DNA of 64,000 nucleotides from Saccostrea echinata (GCF_033153115.1 NW_026889769.1:2852001-2916000), one strand, 5' to 3'; positions 50,279 to 62,800 are shown, counted from the stretch's first letter. Notes: generated by a model from the sequence alone, not told the origin. Numbers and translations: made by a program.

Positions 50279-52743
50279 GAGTCAGGGAAAGTGAAACTAG
50301 AGACTTTGCCATTACTGTAGCAGGACAGGACAAAACTTATACCAGTTTTTTTCTCAGCAAGGAAAAAATGCATTTAAAATCATATCACTAATGAACCTGC
50401 TGAAATCTAAGAAGTGATATGATGGATGAGAATTGAACAATTGCAAAGTTTCAGGGACTATGAATGTTAAATATTTTTATTCTATGATCATAGAAGTGCT
50501 CTCTTGAAAACTCTTAAGTATATATCAGGTTGCAGGAAAGTGTTGATTTAATTAATTTTTAAAAGAGTGAATGTGAATTTTTTTGTCTTTGTTTAGTTTA
50601 CTAAAATCATGTTATTGTGTAAATTATCCTTACATATATAGGAAACGAATGTTTTAAAGCAAGATTTTTATTGCAATGCACATACAGTTAAACCTCATTA
50701 TCTCAAACTTGATGGGATTGAGAAAAAAACTTTTTAAGATATCCAAAGATTTGAGATATAGAGGTAAAATACTTAAAGAATAAGTGATTGGGACTTCCAA
50801 ATCAAATAGACATTTTCCATGTCATTGGAGATAGCGGTGTTCGAGATATGGAAGTTCAACTGTATATGTATTACATCACAGTATCAATCAATCTGAGAAG
50901 CAGGTGCAACTGTTTGAATTTCTGTTTTAATGTTCAGTTGTCTTATTATATTTGTATGATTACATTTGCTCTGATTCCTACACCTTTCTTATTCTTGTGT
51001 AATGTGACTAATGTCTGACTCTGTTTTTTCTAGTCATACATCTGTACATAATACTGTTTTACCTTTTAGTATCAAGTATCTATGAAACATACTTGTAGTA
51101 CACTGTAGTACTAAGAATTTTACTACTCAATTTCATGTTTGAATATAGTGCATGTATCACTTTACAATTTATGGATATTGAATGTTTTTTATAAAATAAA
51201 AAGTTAAAATTGTTAATTCAAAAAGATACTGACATTAAAAGAATAGTGAGAAATCTTAAGACATGGTAGTAGTCAACATAGCCATATGGTTTTAAATTTT
51301 GACCCAAGTTCAGAAAGAAGATACAGTTACTATTAATAGAAGCAATGTAAAATTCATAATATTCTCATCAATCCTGAAGCTGTCTTAGAATTTTTTTTAG
51401 AAATATAAGTTGCATGTGAAATGTTTTTTTTTTTTGTTTTTGACTGAAATCCATTGTCTGTAGTTATTTTGAGAAAGAAATTTCAAGCTTTTCAAAAGCA
51501 TCTGTACACCATTGATTTTATGTATGTTTATTTGTAGTGGCAAGTATGAGGTACTAGTATACCAGCAAAAAGCTAGAACTTATTTGAATATTTTATGTTT
51601 TTAAATGTAAGCATTCCAGATTAGATTAATTATGTCCATATAATTCTACACTCTGTATTAAGGTATCTTGAAAATCTTTTTAGTGAATACATGTATTTGA
51701 AATGACTTGCCTGAAAAAAGGTCTTAGAACCAGAGGTCAGTTTGCTGAACAGTACAATATTAGATATGTATACATGAAATTAACAAAAATTTTGGAGATA
51801 TAACTGACATTTTAGTACAATTTCAATATTGAAAACTTCTGAGTTACATGTATTGTACATTTGGATTGAATTTAAATGTAAACATTTACCTGAATTGTTA
51901 CAAGTGCAATGTTAAACACCTGTGTGTATTATAATTGTGATTCTTTTTATTGATGTGATAGATAGAATATTGTGATTTTTAAAAATTATTAAATTATTGA
52001 TTTAAAAAGTAAAGAATGATAATACTGACAAAGGTTTCTTCCATACCTATATATCTTATAACCATATGAGTATTTTGCTGTGTTTGAAATCTTGGTGTGA
52101 AGGAAAGTCTGTTGATAGTTCTCAAGAGCCTGGTTGTCAAGTTTTAGAACTCGCTAAAAATGTTGAACAAGTGAGTCAGGTATTGCAAGCATATTTTTAG
52201 AGATAAGCCAATATCGTATTGTTGGAGAGACAGATAGAAGTAATGCTAGAGTAGTTCAAAGGTGTGTGGGCTTTTCACACTCATGTATGTGCGTAAATAT
52301 GTAAATACACATGTAGTGGATAGAGGATTAGAACGACTTGGTTATGTTTGTAGATGACTTCAGTTGTTAAACATTTGATAGAAGTTTTGTTTTGGTGTTT
52401 CCATGTATTGCTGCATTTTTTAGGCTGATTGACATAGACGTTCACGCACGTAGACCCATGCAACGTATTGTATAGGTAATTGCTCAATAATGAGATAATG
52501 CGATAGGATTGCGTTCTCATTGAATTTTTTTTCTGTTTAAATAAAATTTCTCCATAATCACAGCTCATTTGGGCTTTAAAATATATACTTGTATATTTAT
52601 TCCATAGTGAATTGAATTCATTATATCTGATTCATTATTTTTTTTAAAAAAAAAAAGCTAAATTACGATTGGGCGCATGCACTTTTATGTACGTAGAAAG
52701 TAGGTCGATAATGAACTTTGATAAAAACATGTGAGCAAAAGTC

Positions 52744-53025
52744 CAGGCGCGGATCCAGGAACTTTTTCTAGGGGGGTCCATCCCAGTCAAAAAAATTCTA
52801 ACCCCGAAAATTTTTTGACAAGCAAAAAAAAAACAAAAACAAAAACAAAATTTAAAATCCATTTTACAAACATGAAAAACACCTATTTCGTGGTGGTGAT
52901 GGTGGGGTCCACTTTTTCTGGTGGGGGACCAAAGTCATTTTTTATTTCCTTCAGTATATACTTTTTATAACTCTGCAAATTACAGGGGCTGTCCGGACCC
53001 CCCCCCCCCCCCCGACCCGCGCATG
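52744..53025. mobile_element. GC-rich MITE (CAGGCGCGGATCCAGG...GACCCGCGCATG)
   Basis: Imperfect TIRs; related ends at 9988 and in the duplicated segments at ~55360-55835 (CCTGGATCCGCTCCTG). Confidence 0.6.
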
Positions 53026-53977
53026 AATTCTTCTGTTAGGTCTGTAGTAATAATTGGGGGGGGGGGGGGGGGTTTAAAGACATATGTTACTTGGTGGTAT
53101 AACTGGATATAACTTGTATAAAAAAAAAGTTTGAACTCATTGTGTACGACTGAAACAGCTGAGCTTTGGTATAGAATAAAATGCCTACGTTTAAAATTCC
53201 CTTAAGTAAAGGGTCTTTGTTCTTGCTGAAGCCTGTTTTGACTACTGCAGTCGGTGGATCATTGTCCACTTGACGTAGTTGTGAAAGATTTCACAAATAC
53301 CACTAATTACAGACTAAATATTGACCAAATACCTGAATGATGACAAAAGAATACATCTAGAGCTCTACATGTAAAAATGAGTGAATAGAACATTTTTCTG
53401 GTGATTCGAAAGGGAATCAGAGATACTCTATACAAAATATTTTTTTCACGTGTCATACTGCTATAAATTAAGATTTTGGAAAGGTTGGAAGTTTAACGTA
53501 GATCATGACCAGTGAAGCGTTTGGATCTATTGGATTAAATAGATTGAAATATTAAAATACTTGTTTGAATTAAATATTCACAAGAGCAAGATTCGATACC
53601 TGTTGATTACAAGTTCAAGCACGTGTAAAAATACCAGGTGTCATCTGTTAATTTCAGGTTTCATGTTTGGATATGATGGAAGTTTGACACGAACACAGGG
53701 TCGACAAAAAACTTTATGTTGAGTAATTGTGATACTGCAGCGGAAAGGGGATCTTTTCGGTCCCCCAAGTCCATTGTAGATCTCGGGTTATCATGTACAG
53801 CACTATGTTCAGATTAAGTTTGATCATCTTTACAAGTTAAAGCTACCTCAATCCGGAATATTTGGCAGCGGTATGTGACCAATTATGATATGAACATTTA
53901 ATTATTCTGCTAAAACATAAACGTCAACTAAGCAGTTTGACATGACTTATGTTATAAATATTCAAGACGAAAACGAA

Positions 53978-56586
53978 ATGGCTGCGCAATATCATATAAG
54001 TAATAACTCGACAAAATCGTCCTGCTCTCAGAACGGCTCCACCCGAGGACACCACTCAAAGGCCTCGGACTCCAGCCTCGGGATTTGGGACATTATTAAT
54101 CCATACTTTCTTCATCAATGGATGCCTTATTTTTTATTCTTGGAAGTAACGTTCATGTATTTTGTGGGGTGTTTCATAGCTTTACCACGTCTATATCCAG
54201 AAACAGCCTACATTCATCAGGTGATAGGAACTTTTTTGGTGTATCAGATAGTCGTGAACTGGTGGTTTATCCATGTGACAGACTCCAGCTTTAATACGTC
54301 AGTGTATCCTAAGGAGAAACTGGTACTTGGACCTTATCCATTTAAGGTAGTCATTTCTTTTTATTGCTATTTATTTACATGTAGCAAAAATATTATCGTA
54401 AAATCAAATAATAATATTAGATATCAGTTGATATGATGGTTTAAAAGATATAATATATTATATTAGATGCTATATTACTAAAATAAATGTACACGAGTGT
54501 TCTGGGAGAAAAATCACGACAAAGAGTCGCCTAGGTATCCATGCTGGTTAATTAGTTATGACAACTGAAAGCCACTAATTAGTACAATGTTCCTGCATGC
54601 GTTCCCGAAGCAGCGCTTACAATGATGTGTTTTTCTCTGCAAACACGTGTTTTACTTTATTTCAACACGTAAGTCAAGAAAACCAAAAAACAACATCAAG
54701 AATAAACCACTGCTTCAAGACACCAGTTGTTAAAATTCACAATATAGATATAGTTTAGTTGTTTAAAAGACATTCAATTTTCCTTTGTCAACATAGAGAA
54801 TTAAGGTCGCTTAAAGAAAGGCACTAAAACACAATTAAACTATTCAAAGAGGATTATATTATTAGGGAGCTTAAGATACATCTTCTGAGCTGTACGCCAA
54901 TGTCTTGTCAAAACAAATATAATTAATATATATGTATAATGATTTTTATAATGTTAAGCATACACTGCCGGGCGGATTTAAAGGGAGCGTTCCCCCACCC
55001 CGAAAAAATCAAAGACTGGGTTCATATGAAGTTTAAGCTTAACTGAAGTAGATTGTTGCTGATGATTCAAACATTGAACTAGTGGAAGGCAAACCATGAT
55101 TTAAAGTGTGTTCTAATTATTGCTAGAATAACAATATTCAATATGATTTTCAATCATTACCTTCAGGTACTGAGATCAAAAATAATATTAAAAAAAATAA
55201 TTTCTGTGTTAATTGTATATAACTTAAATAACAAATGAATTGAAATCACATGATACATGATGATGATGTATCACCCCCCCCCCCCCACCCCCCTGAAAAA
55301 TGCTACATTAGATTTACAAGTATGTTTTGGCAAACTCTCAGAGAGCACAAATTAGCTTTATTTGTATATCCCCCAAGCATTCAACTCATTAATTACGCCC
55401 TTTTCAAACGATAAAGAATATAATGGAATTTTCAACAATCCTGGAATTAAGTCTGCGCAAATAGGCATGTTTTACATGTTAGCCCCCCCCCCGTCTGCGC
55501 AACAAAACAACAGCCCCCCTCCCAAACTCAACAGCCCCCTCCCAAACTTGAAAAAGTTTTTCTTAAACACCTAAAGCGAAATCCTGGATCTGCTCTTGAT
55601 TTTAACAAAATTTTTACATTTTTACTTGTGTCACAAATTAATTTTATTTGCATCCCCTCTCCAGCATTCAACTCATTAATCAATCCTGTAACTAAGTCTG
55701 CGCAAATAGGCATGTTTTACATCTGTAAGCCCCCCCCCCCTCCCCGTCTGCACAACAAAACAGCCGTCTGCCCCCCTCCCCTATTTGAAAAAGTTTTCTA
55801 ACACACCTAAAGCGAAATCCTGGATCCGCTCCTGGCTTGCATCTACTTAACTAAATTATATTGACAAAAACTCTTCAAATTTTTCAATTGCAGGTACCGG
55901 AGATGGTGCAACAAAATAAACTAGTTCCAATTATAGAAGCTCACATTAAAGCAGCGAGATATCCCTATTGGCAGTGGGCGCCGTGTCTTGCCTGTGAACG
56001 GTGGCGCCCTCCTCGGTGTCATCACTGCAAACTCTGTGGAAATTGTATCCTGAAGCGAGATCACCACTGCTTCTTTGCACGAAACTGTGTGGGGCTTAAA
56101 AACTTGCGATATTTCATTGTGTTCCTATTTTATGCGTGCATTGTTACTGTCTTTACCATTTACCATGGCGTAACTTACCTCTGGACGTTTTATTGGCCCG
56201 AAATGTCGTATCTTGATCTTGTGCCCCTTCTTTCTTTTCTGAGGGCCATCTTAGGATCCAACACGACACTGTCACAGGTGGGAGTCATGATTATTATGGC
56301 ATACGGTATGTTTGGGTTGACATTTTTAAGTTTTATGCATTTTATAGATGCCAGCGTCTCGGTTGTGAGGGGCAATACAGCATTTGAAATAGAAAATAAC
56401 ATTGATGTAAAAGATCCCCGGAAATTTGCAGACAAACTCCGGTCTGTGTTTGGACCACACTGGCAGTTTGCTTTTGTTTTGCCCACCCCTTACTTCCTCA
56501 GTCCGTCCATAGAAGACCCATATCACTGGAGTTCTCTTATCCCACCCAAAAAGAGGAACCCTGTTATTCAGTTAGTTGATCCATGA
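53978..56586 (+). CDS. DHHC palmitoyltransferase (ZDHHC22/ZDHHC24-like), ~353 aa; exons 53978-54346, 55894-56586
   Basis: Two N-terminal hydrophobic helices; phase-0 GT-AG intron; CRD CLACERWRPPRCHHCKLCGNCILKRDHHCFFARNCVGLKNLRYF; two further TM helices; AATAAA at 56810-56815. The start codon is uncertain (in-frame ATG also at 53942). Confidence 0.88.
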
Positions 56587-58468
56587 CGTGATGCGCATCT
56601 TTACCGGTTATATCCACTTGATTTGCTCAGAAGTTACAAAATTGATGTTTTTGTGACGAAAATCGCCAAATATAGTTGTTAGAACACACCGTTAGAAGTT
56701 TGTGAAATCATGTATTGCGCTTTGCAGTCACGCATACGTGTATTTCTATTTCAAAAAAGTTGTTTTAATATTTTTTTGGTTGTGTAAGGTTTATTTGTTA
56801 CAGTTTCACAATAAAACTAAAGAAATACAAGGGTTTGTTTTGTGTGAATTTTATATAATAATATAAAGTTTAGTATATATTTCTCTGCGGTGAAATGCCA
56901 TCCTTGATTTTCTTGTGTTCATTCTAACGGCTGAAAGAAAAAAAAGTGAATATTTATAAAAGAAAGCTGGACCACTTAAAAGAAAAAGCAAATAGAACAT
57001 GTGAAATATTAAATACAAATACTCGATCGAATGCTGGATCTGTTTTCAAAATCAATTATATGTACACTACATATTGAAAATTAGGTCATTTTCCTGCACC
57101 AAGTCGACCAAAAATTTCAACACCCCATAGAGAGTGTGTATACAATGTACATCCAGCATCAATCTCAATCTAATCTGTAGTAGGCCTGCAGGCTAATTTT
57201 CTAAACATCCGATTTCAAAACCTTGACTAAAATAACCCTCGTGGATCTTTTGTTGTGTTGTGTTTTATTTTTTTTTAATTTTTTTTTTATATATAGTGTT
57301 GCTACTGTTTTAAAGGTTGAAATTAGAATACAATGCATATGTTTACTCGGGGAAAGTATTTGCTATATACAAGAGTCGACAAATTATAAACCTATATAAT
57401 ATAGAGAATTCTACTGAAACCATGACTTGTTTCCTTTTGATTTCTCTTTTTCTGACCTTCACAGTAAATTTGTGCACACTTTTCCCAATATGTTGGATTA
57501 TGGGGATGTGTCGCTGGAATAGGTCACCATTTACTACTGTAGATTATGTTTGAAATGCACAATAATATTTACATTTATTTACCGACACGTAAATACAACT
57601 TGCACATTGTATAGTTAAATGAAAAGTTCTAATTCAACATTTTTCTGGATGATTGTTTTTTTTAAAACATCGAAAGCATGACTATAAGGCCCGAATGATC
57701 CAGGCAATATATGCACATTCCTACCCCAAAACATACACGGATGATGCTTCCCACCCCAGAAGTTTCACACTCTAAGTCTCCTCGACGGAAATCAAGAAAG
57801 CTTTTAAAAGATAGTTGTCTTCCTTCCTATAGCATACAGCTTTTCTAAGTGTTACTAAATAGAATCTAAGTTACTGAAATATTCCTTTCGATTTTAGTAC
57901 TATTACATATCATAGTCACAAAGTTCCAATGCTCAATGAATTCAAATTCAGTGACTTCAAAAAATATTTTTTTATGAAATATAATTAATTTCTTGTTTGT
58001 CGCCTCAGTACTTTTAGTTTTTTTTTTTTACTGAAACATTCCTTTGTACACATTACATAGACTTTATATTTCAGCATTAAGAAGTTAACGCACTTTCCAA
58101 AGAACAATTAGGGTGCAAAAACTACTTGTTGTAAATTGGCTCCTTTTTTATCTGTTATAAAGTTTTCAAAATTACTAGTAATAGTTTCCTTTTCTAAAAA
58201 GCATTTACAATGTACACCAATTTTTGCAAGATTTTCTTTCTTCGAAAGCAGGAACCGTATACGCAACACTAAGCGGACACATTTTGAATTTCGTTGTATA
58301 CGGTGTTCTTTTTAAAACAAGGAATAATATTTAATTTGATGAAATGTTTGTCCGTAATATGCTTTTTATTGGTTTAAATTCTTTATTTAGTAAGTTGGAA
58401 GTTTGTGTTCTCTTAAACAGAACTGTGCATCTATAACCAAACATCATACATAGTTGATAGAACCGAAG

Positions 58469-58507
<39 letters not shown>

Positions 58508-58880
58508 AATCAACATCCTACTATCCCGTGCGAAATAGCTGATATGCAACAATTTTTGATAGAAGAAGCATAAAAAAAGTCTAGTTTATCCAGAAATGAA
58601 ATTTAAAAAAAAGATTAAAATCTGATGTACCAAAGTAAAGCTTGGGCTTTAAAAATTAAAATGTTATAAAGTAGTCCTTTTTTATCTAGATTTCGTAGAA
58701 GATCAAACCTCTAACCATTGAGAACTGGTGAAGAGGAACGGTTTTTAAATATGCTTTGACGAAAATGATAAAATCGAAAAATTCCTGAATAAAGTAGACC
58801 TAAAATATATATAAACAAGTTTAGGAATCGACTTAGCGCTGAAAAAAAAGAAATGTAATAGGACTCACCAGTCACATTTG

Positions 58881-59324
58881 TCAGCTTTCCCTACAAAACC
58901 GACAACAAACACGTCGGTAATATGGCATACTACACAGTAACATCTTCTCCCCCGGGCCGATCATAAGGGAACAGTCTGGAGTCATGTTGAAGCACCATCC
59001 TCTTTTTGAAAAATACTCTAGTGTTCTTTGTGGAGTGTCGTCAAACATACTCTTTTTGATGACTAGAAGACAAAAGAAAATTGTATTTTATAATAAAAAA
59101 AAAAAGTTAAAGCATTTAACTTTTTGATGGACAGTCTTTGATTAAGTATCTTAGTCATGGCATAGCTTTTTGAAGAAGAAGAAGTAAAAAAGGGCTTTTC
59201 ATTGGTACTTTGAAATTTTGATAAAATTCAAAAAAAAAAAAAAATTACATTACTTACATAGCGCATTTGAAATCGTAAATAGAACCAGGCAGATAGTGGT
59301 TAGCACACAAAAAGACCTGTTCAT
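58881..59324 (-). CDS. Small secreted cysteine-rich prepropeptide (signal + pro-region-KR + PLAC/ShK-like 6-Cys peptide), 82 aa; coding exons 59324-59258 and 59062-58881
   Basis: MNRSFCVLTTICLVLFTISNA|LFIKKSMFDDTPQRTLEYFSKR|GWCFNMTPDCSLMIGPGEKMLLCSMPYYRRVCCRFCRES*. Phase-1 intron with GTAAGT donor and TTTTCTTTTGTCTTCTAG acceptor; upstream acceptor TTTGGTTTGCAG 11 nt before the ATG; AAAATG start context. Confidence 0.8.
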
Positions 59325-60619
59325 TTTAGATGTTACTGCAAACCAAAGACCAAAACTTTAAGGACATTGCATTGGTTATTTCAATTATATATACGCAGCT
59401 AAACGACGTATCGATAAAAACTGTCCCATACCGTAAAAGGCCTACCCCCTTAGGAGATACGACGGATTGACAGAGGCGTCAAGTGGCCAGTCTGACAATT
59501 ATTGTCCGTATTTGCGACAAGGAATCTGTTGTCAACAATCGATTGGTCATTCGATAGATGAGGAGTATGCCATGATATTACTCATCTCTAGGGCTTAGTG
59601 TTAAATAAGTTTTCTACAAGTTCTCGTGCTGAATTTTGCGGAAAAGGATAGGTAGATTGGCATGAAAATAAAGTCACGACATAGTCATAAAGGAATTAAT
59701 CCTACAATACTCCTGAAAAATATATGCCTCTCCTAGATTTACATTTAGCAAGCCCTAGCTCTTCATTTTCATTTAATCTCATTAATAAAATATATCTAAA
59801 CATTTATTAACAGATTAACGGAATTGATTTATAAATTACTACCTTGAGGCGGGTGTCTGTTGATTATCAAAATGAAGTCTACAATCAATATATGAATTAT
59901 TGCTAACAATCAATTAACTCGCAAACCCTGGTCATTTTATGTCAAGTGCTATAATATACAATTATCCGAGATACAGCATATTTTATCAGCCGACAGTAGC
60001 GTGAAATGATATCAACAGGTCATTCTTTCGCTAGCAGTCATCATAGGGATAACAAGTGGTACTCGGACGCAAAGAGCGACATGACGCAATATATTTCTGG
60101 ATAATCTCTATCGAAGTTGAATGAATTAATATATTTGTTTTTACACAAGAAATGACACAAGATCTGAAAACTCTAAGAAATTATATTTGTTGATTGACAA
60201 TATATTACAATTCGAAATATAAAGCTTTATTTTTCTCCCTCTCGTTCTATCTGTGTGTTTGTGTGTGTGTGAGAGAGACAGAGGGGGGGGGGGATGGAAA
60301 CATTTTGAATACTTCTGTCAATACTTGCCTTTGCCCTTTTCACCCCAAAAGCATCTCATCCCCTAGAAGCTATATTATATGAACAACATAAGGTTTGATA
60401 ATAACTCCTGACCTTTGCAATTGAATACTAATGTTTGATATATTGACCAGAATATCAACAGCTTCCTCTCCCGCCACTTAGCACCAATGTAGCAAGTTGA
60501 GGCCGTCAATTATTGCCTTTGACCTAGACCTTTAGTTCTAAAATCAGTATCAACCTTCGGTACTATAGCATGAAATATATGGAGATAACGAACAGTATTC
60601 AAGCTCAAAAGTTCATTCA

Positions 60620-60720
60620 AACAATACAAATCAGGAGCAGAGCAAACACGGACCTCTGAAACATCAGAGGTGGGATCAGGTGCCATGGAGGAGTGAGCGT
60701 CCCCTGCCGACCGGTCACAC
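60620..60720 (-). repeat. Fragment of a structured GC-rich repeat, probably a Penelope-like element end
   Basis: Minus strand GTGTGACCGGTCGGCAGGGGACGCTCACTCCTCCATGGCACCTGATCCCACCTCTGATGTTTCAGAGGTCCGTGTTTGC; family assignment from memory, not searched. Confidence 0.45.
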
Positions 60721-61315
60721 TTGTCTTTAGCATATGTAATAGAGTTTCAGACTAAAAGGTTTAACAACTTACTATTAATATTGTGTTTGGATGGAACAAT
60801 GCTCACACTTTCAAGTCTCTGGCCTTGACCTCTTCGCTTTTGACTAAAAATCAAGATTTCTTCTAATGGCTACTAACCATTTCTCTAACAAGCATGAGAC
60901 TTGAATGTCAAATTTTATTCTTTATTTTGTGTCCACAAGATTGACATGGATGCACAATTGCTTGCATGTACTCACATTTATGATACCCTTTTGTAACTTT
61001 GTCACGAAGGACTAATAATTAGTGGGGAATTTCGCCAAAAAGCCATTTTCTCACCGCGTTTGGTAATATGCATTCGAACAAGGATGATCTCCCCTATAAG
61101 TACTAGGTAAAGAGGAAGTCATTTTAACATTAAAACGCTGTGTCTTAAGGTGCTTTGTACAGATAGCTATAAACACAATCATGACCAGGCATCCTTCCTG
61201 TCACTCCGGATACATTAATAATATCCGTGTACTTATTATTTTCTCTAAACATTCACGACAAAGTTGACTATCCTAGAAAAAAGTATTTAATTGTGTTTAA
61301 AGATATCGAAAGAAA

Positions 61316-62368
61316 ATGTTTAAATGTTTTGCTGCGATAATTGAGCACCATATTAGACCAACAAATAGCACTGGTTTGGCGGACTTGAACTTGGAAGTAG
61401 TCAAATGGAATGCAGTACCTATTGCGATTCTTGGAGTCATATTCCTGATAGGACTACCAGCAAATTCTATCATGCTACACATTTTTCGGACAGCTTTTAA
61501 GAGAACTGCATACAGGCTAGTTTCAATGTGGCTTGCGTCTCTTGGATTGATTAACGTTACAGTTATTGTGCCCCTAACAGTCTGGCTCTTTTTGTGGGAG
61601 ATCGACCATCCGTCTGAAATACAGTGTAAAGTGGGCGCTTTTCTGTCATCGTCTCTTATTCTCTTCTGTCATCTTGTACTATTCGTTATAGCAATAGAGA
61701 GGTACCGGAAAGTATTCTATCCTTTTATGTGGCAAATTGAACAAAAGGAACTAAATTTCTACCACGTTATTCTGTTGCTCGTTGCCACAGCAGTGGCGTC
61801 GCCACATGCTATATTTGTTGGACATCGTACTGTTCCAACTGGGATACAGGGTCTAAATGCCACCTTCTGCTTCATATCCGATAGCTATATCGATTCCAGT
61901 GTGCCTACAGTTTATTATATAATACTGAACATTCTTGCATTCACAGTTACCATGTTTATTATAACCATGTACGGAAGAATTATCCACGTAATTCGACATT
62001 ACAAAAAACAAGCGCAACGGAATGATGTATATCCCGAATACGACCAAAACAATCCCGTGTGCTTCTCAAGCGCTACCAGACTTCTGGAAACGAGGCGAAC
62101 GACCATTACCTTGTTCGCGTCGACATTAACTTTCATTATGACGACATTTCCATCCAACGTTACTGCCATGTTGCTCCTGTTCAAGACAGATCTGTTCTGT
62201 TTCGCTGAAAAAACTTTGAGTATTGTCATCAGGGTAGCGGTGTGCACTCTTCTTCTTAACAGCGTCATTAACCCGTGTATCTACTTTTTCGCAGATATTC
62301 ATTTTCGAAGTGAAGTTAAACAGTTATGCTCAAGGATAAAGTCAAATAATCCGCGTCAGAGATTTTAA
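61316..62368 (+). CDS. Single-exon class A (rhodopsin-like) orphan GPCR, 350 aa
   Basis: Seven hydrophobic segments, TM3 Cys (QCKV) with ECL2 Cys (TFCFI), IAIERYRKV (E/DRY), TM7 NSVINPCIY (NPxxY), helix-8 FRSEV, N-terminal sequon NST. Confidence 0.92.
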   Translation: MFKCFAAIIEHHIRPTNSTGLADLNLEVVKWNAVPIAILGVIFLIGLPANSIMLHIFRTAFKRTAYRLVSMWLASLGLINVTVIVPLTVWLFLWEIDHPSEIQCKVGAFLSSSLILFCHLVLFVIAIERYRKVFYPFMWQIEQKELNFYHVILLLVATAVASPHAIFVGHRTVPTGIQGLNATFCFISDSYIDSSVPTVYYIILNILAFTVTMFIITMYGRIIHVIRHYKKQAQRNDVYPEYDQNNPVCFSSATRLLETRRTTITLFASTLTFIMTTFPSNVTAMLLLFKTDLFCFAEKTLSIVIRVAVCTLLLNSVINPCIYFFADIHFRSEVKQLCSRIKSNNPRQRF

Positions 62369-62800
62369 GTTTATTAAACACTTAAAAGTTAAATTGCAGG
62401 AATATAACAACTTTATTTTATTTTATTTTATTTTTTATTTTTATTTTATTTTAATTTTTTTTTTTGGAATTTTCACCATTGCAGTTCCTTTGAAAATACT
62501 TTTAAAATAAATCACTACCACGCTTTTATGATAGAAAATGAAGAATGTTTTTATAGTACAATCAAATTGTTGATTTATTTTTATTGTTCTTTATTATGTT
62601 CAAAGAATGTTCTTCTGTATATATATATCGTTAACAATTGACATTGTGTGAATAATGAATAAATAATTCAAGGGGTGTTTCCGTTGTGATTCTTCTATTG
62701 TTTTAAAGTTTGATAATAATGAATAATAAAATCTTTATTGAATTAAACTTTTCAATTTGACATTTTAATTCGGTGAATTCATTATTTGAAACAAAATAAG

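Noticed and set aside
52060-52260. Possible Penelope-like RT remnant on the minus strand (LTTRLL..RL)
   Set aside because: Too short and frameshifted to support without an alignment.
58471-58503. 33-nt poly(T) as a retrocopy poly(A) tail
   Set aside because: No flanking duplication, and the adjacent peptide gene has introns; treated as a simple homopolymer.
57660-58883. After the peptide ORF the frame continues TGA-CAA-ATG-TGA-CTG|GTGAGT (a UxxU-like pattern before a phase-0 donor), and a minus-strand segment from 57826 is open in the same phase for ~54 codons, hinting at selenocysteine readthrough
   Set aside because: No SECIS-like ATGA..AA..GA stem is visible before the nearby minus-strand AATAAA (57574-57579), the acceptor at 57827-57828 is weak, and the six-Cys domain is already complete at the first TGA. 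A 3'-UTR intron is the simpler reading.
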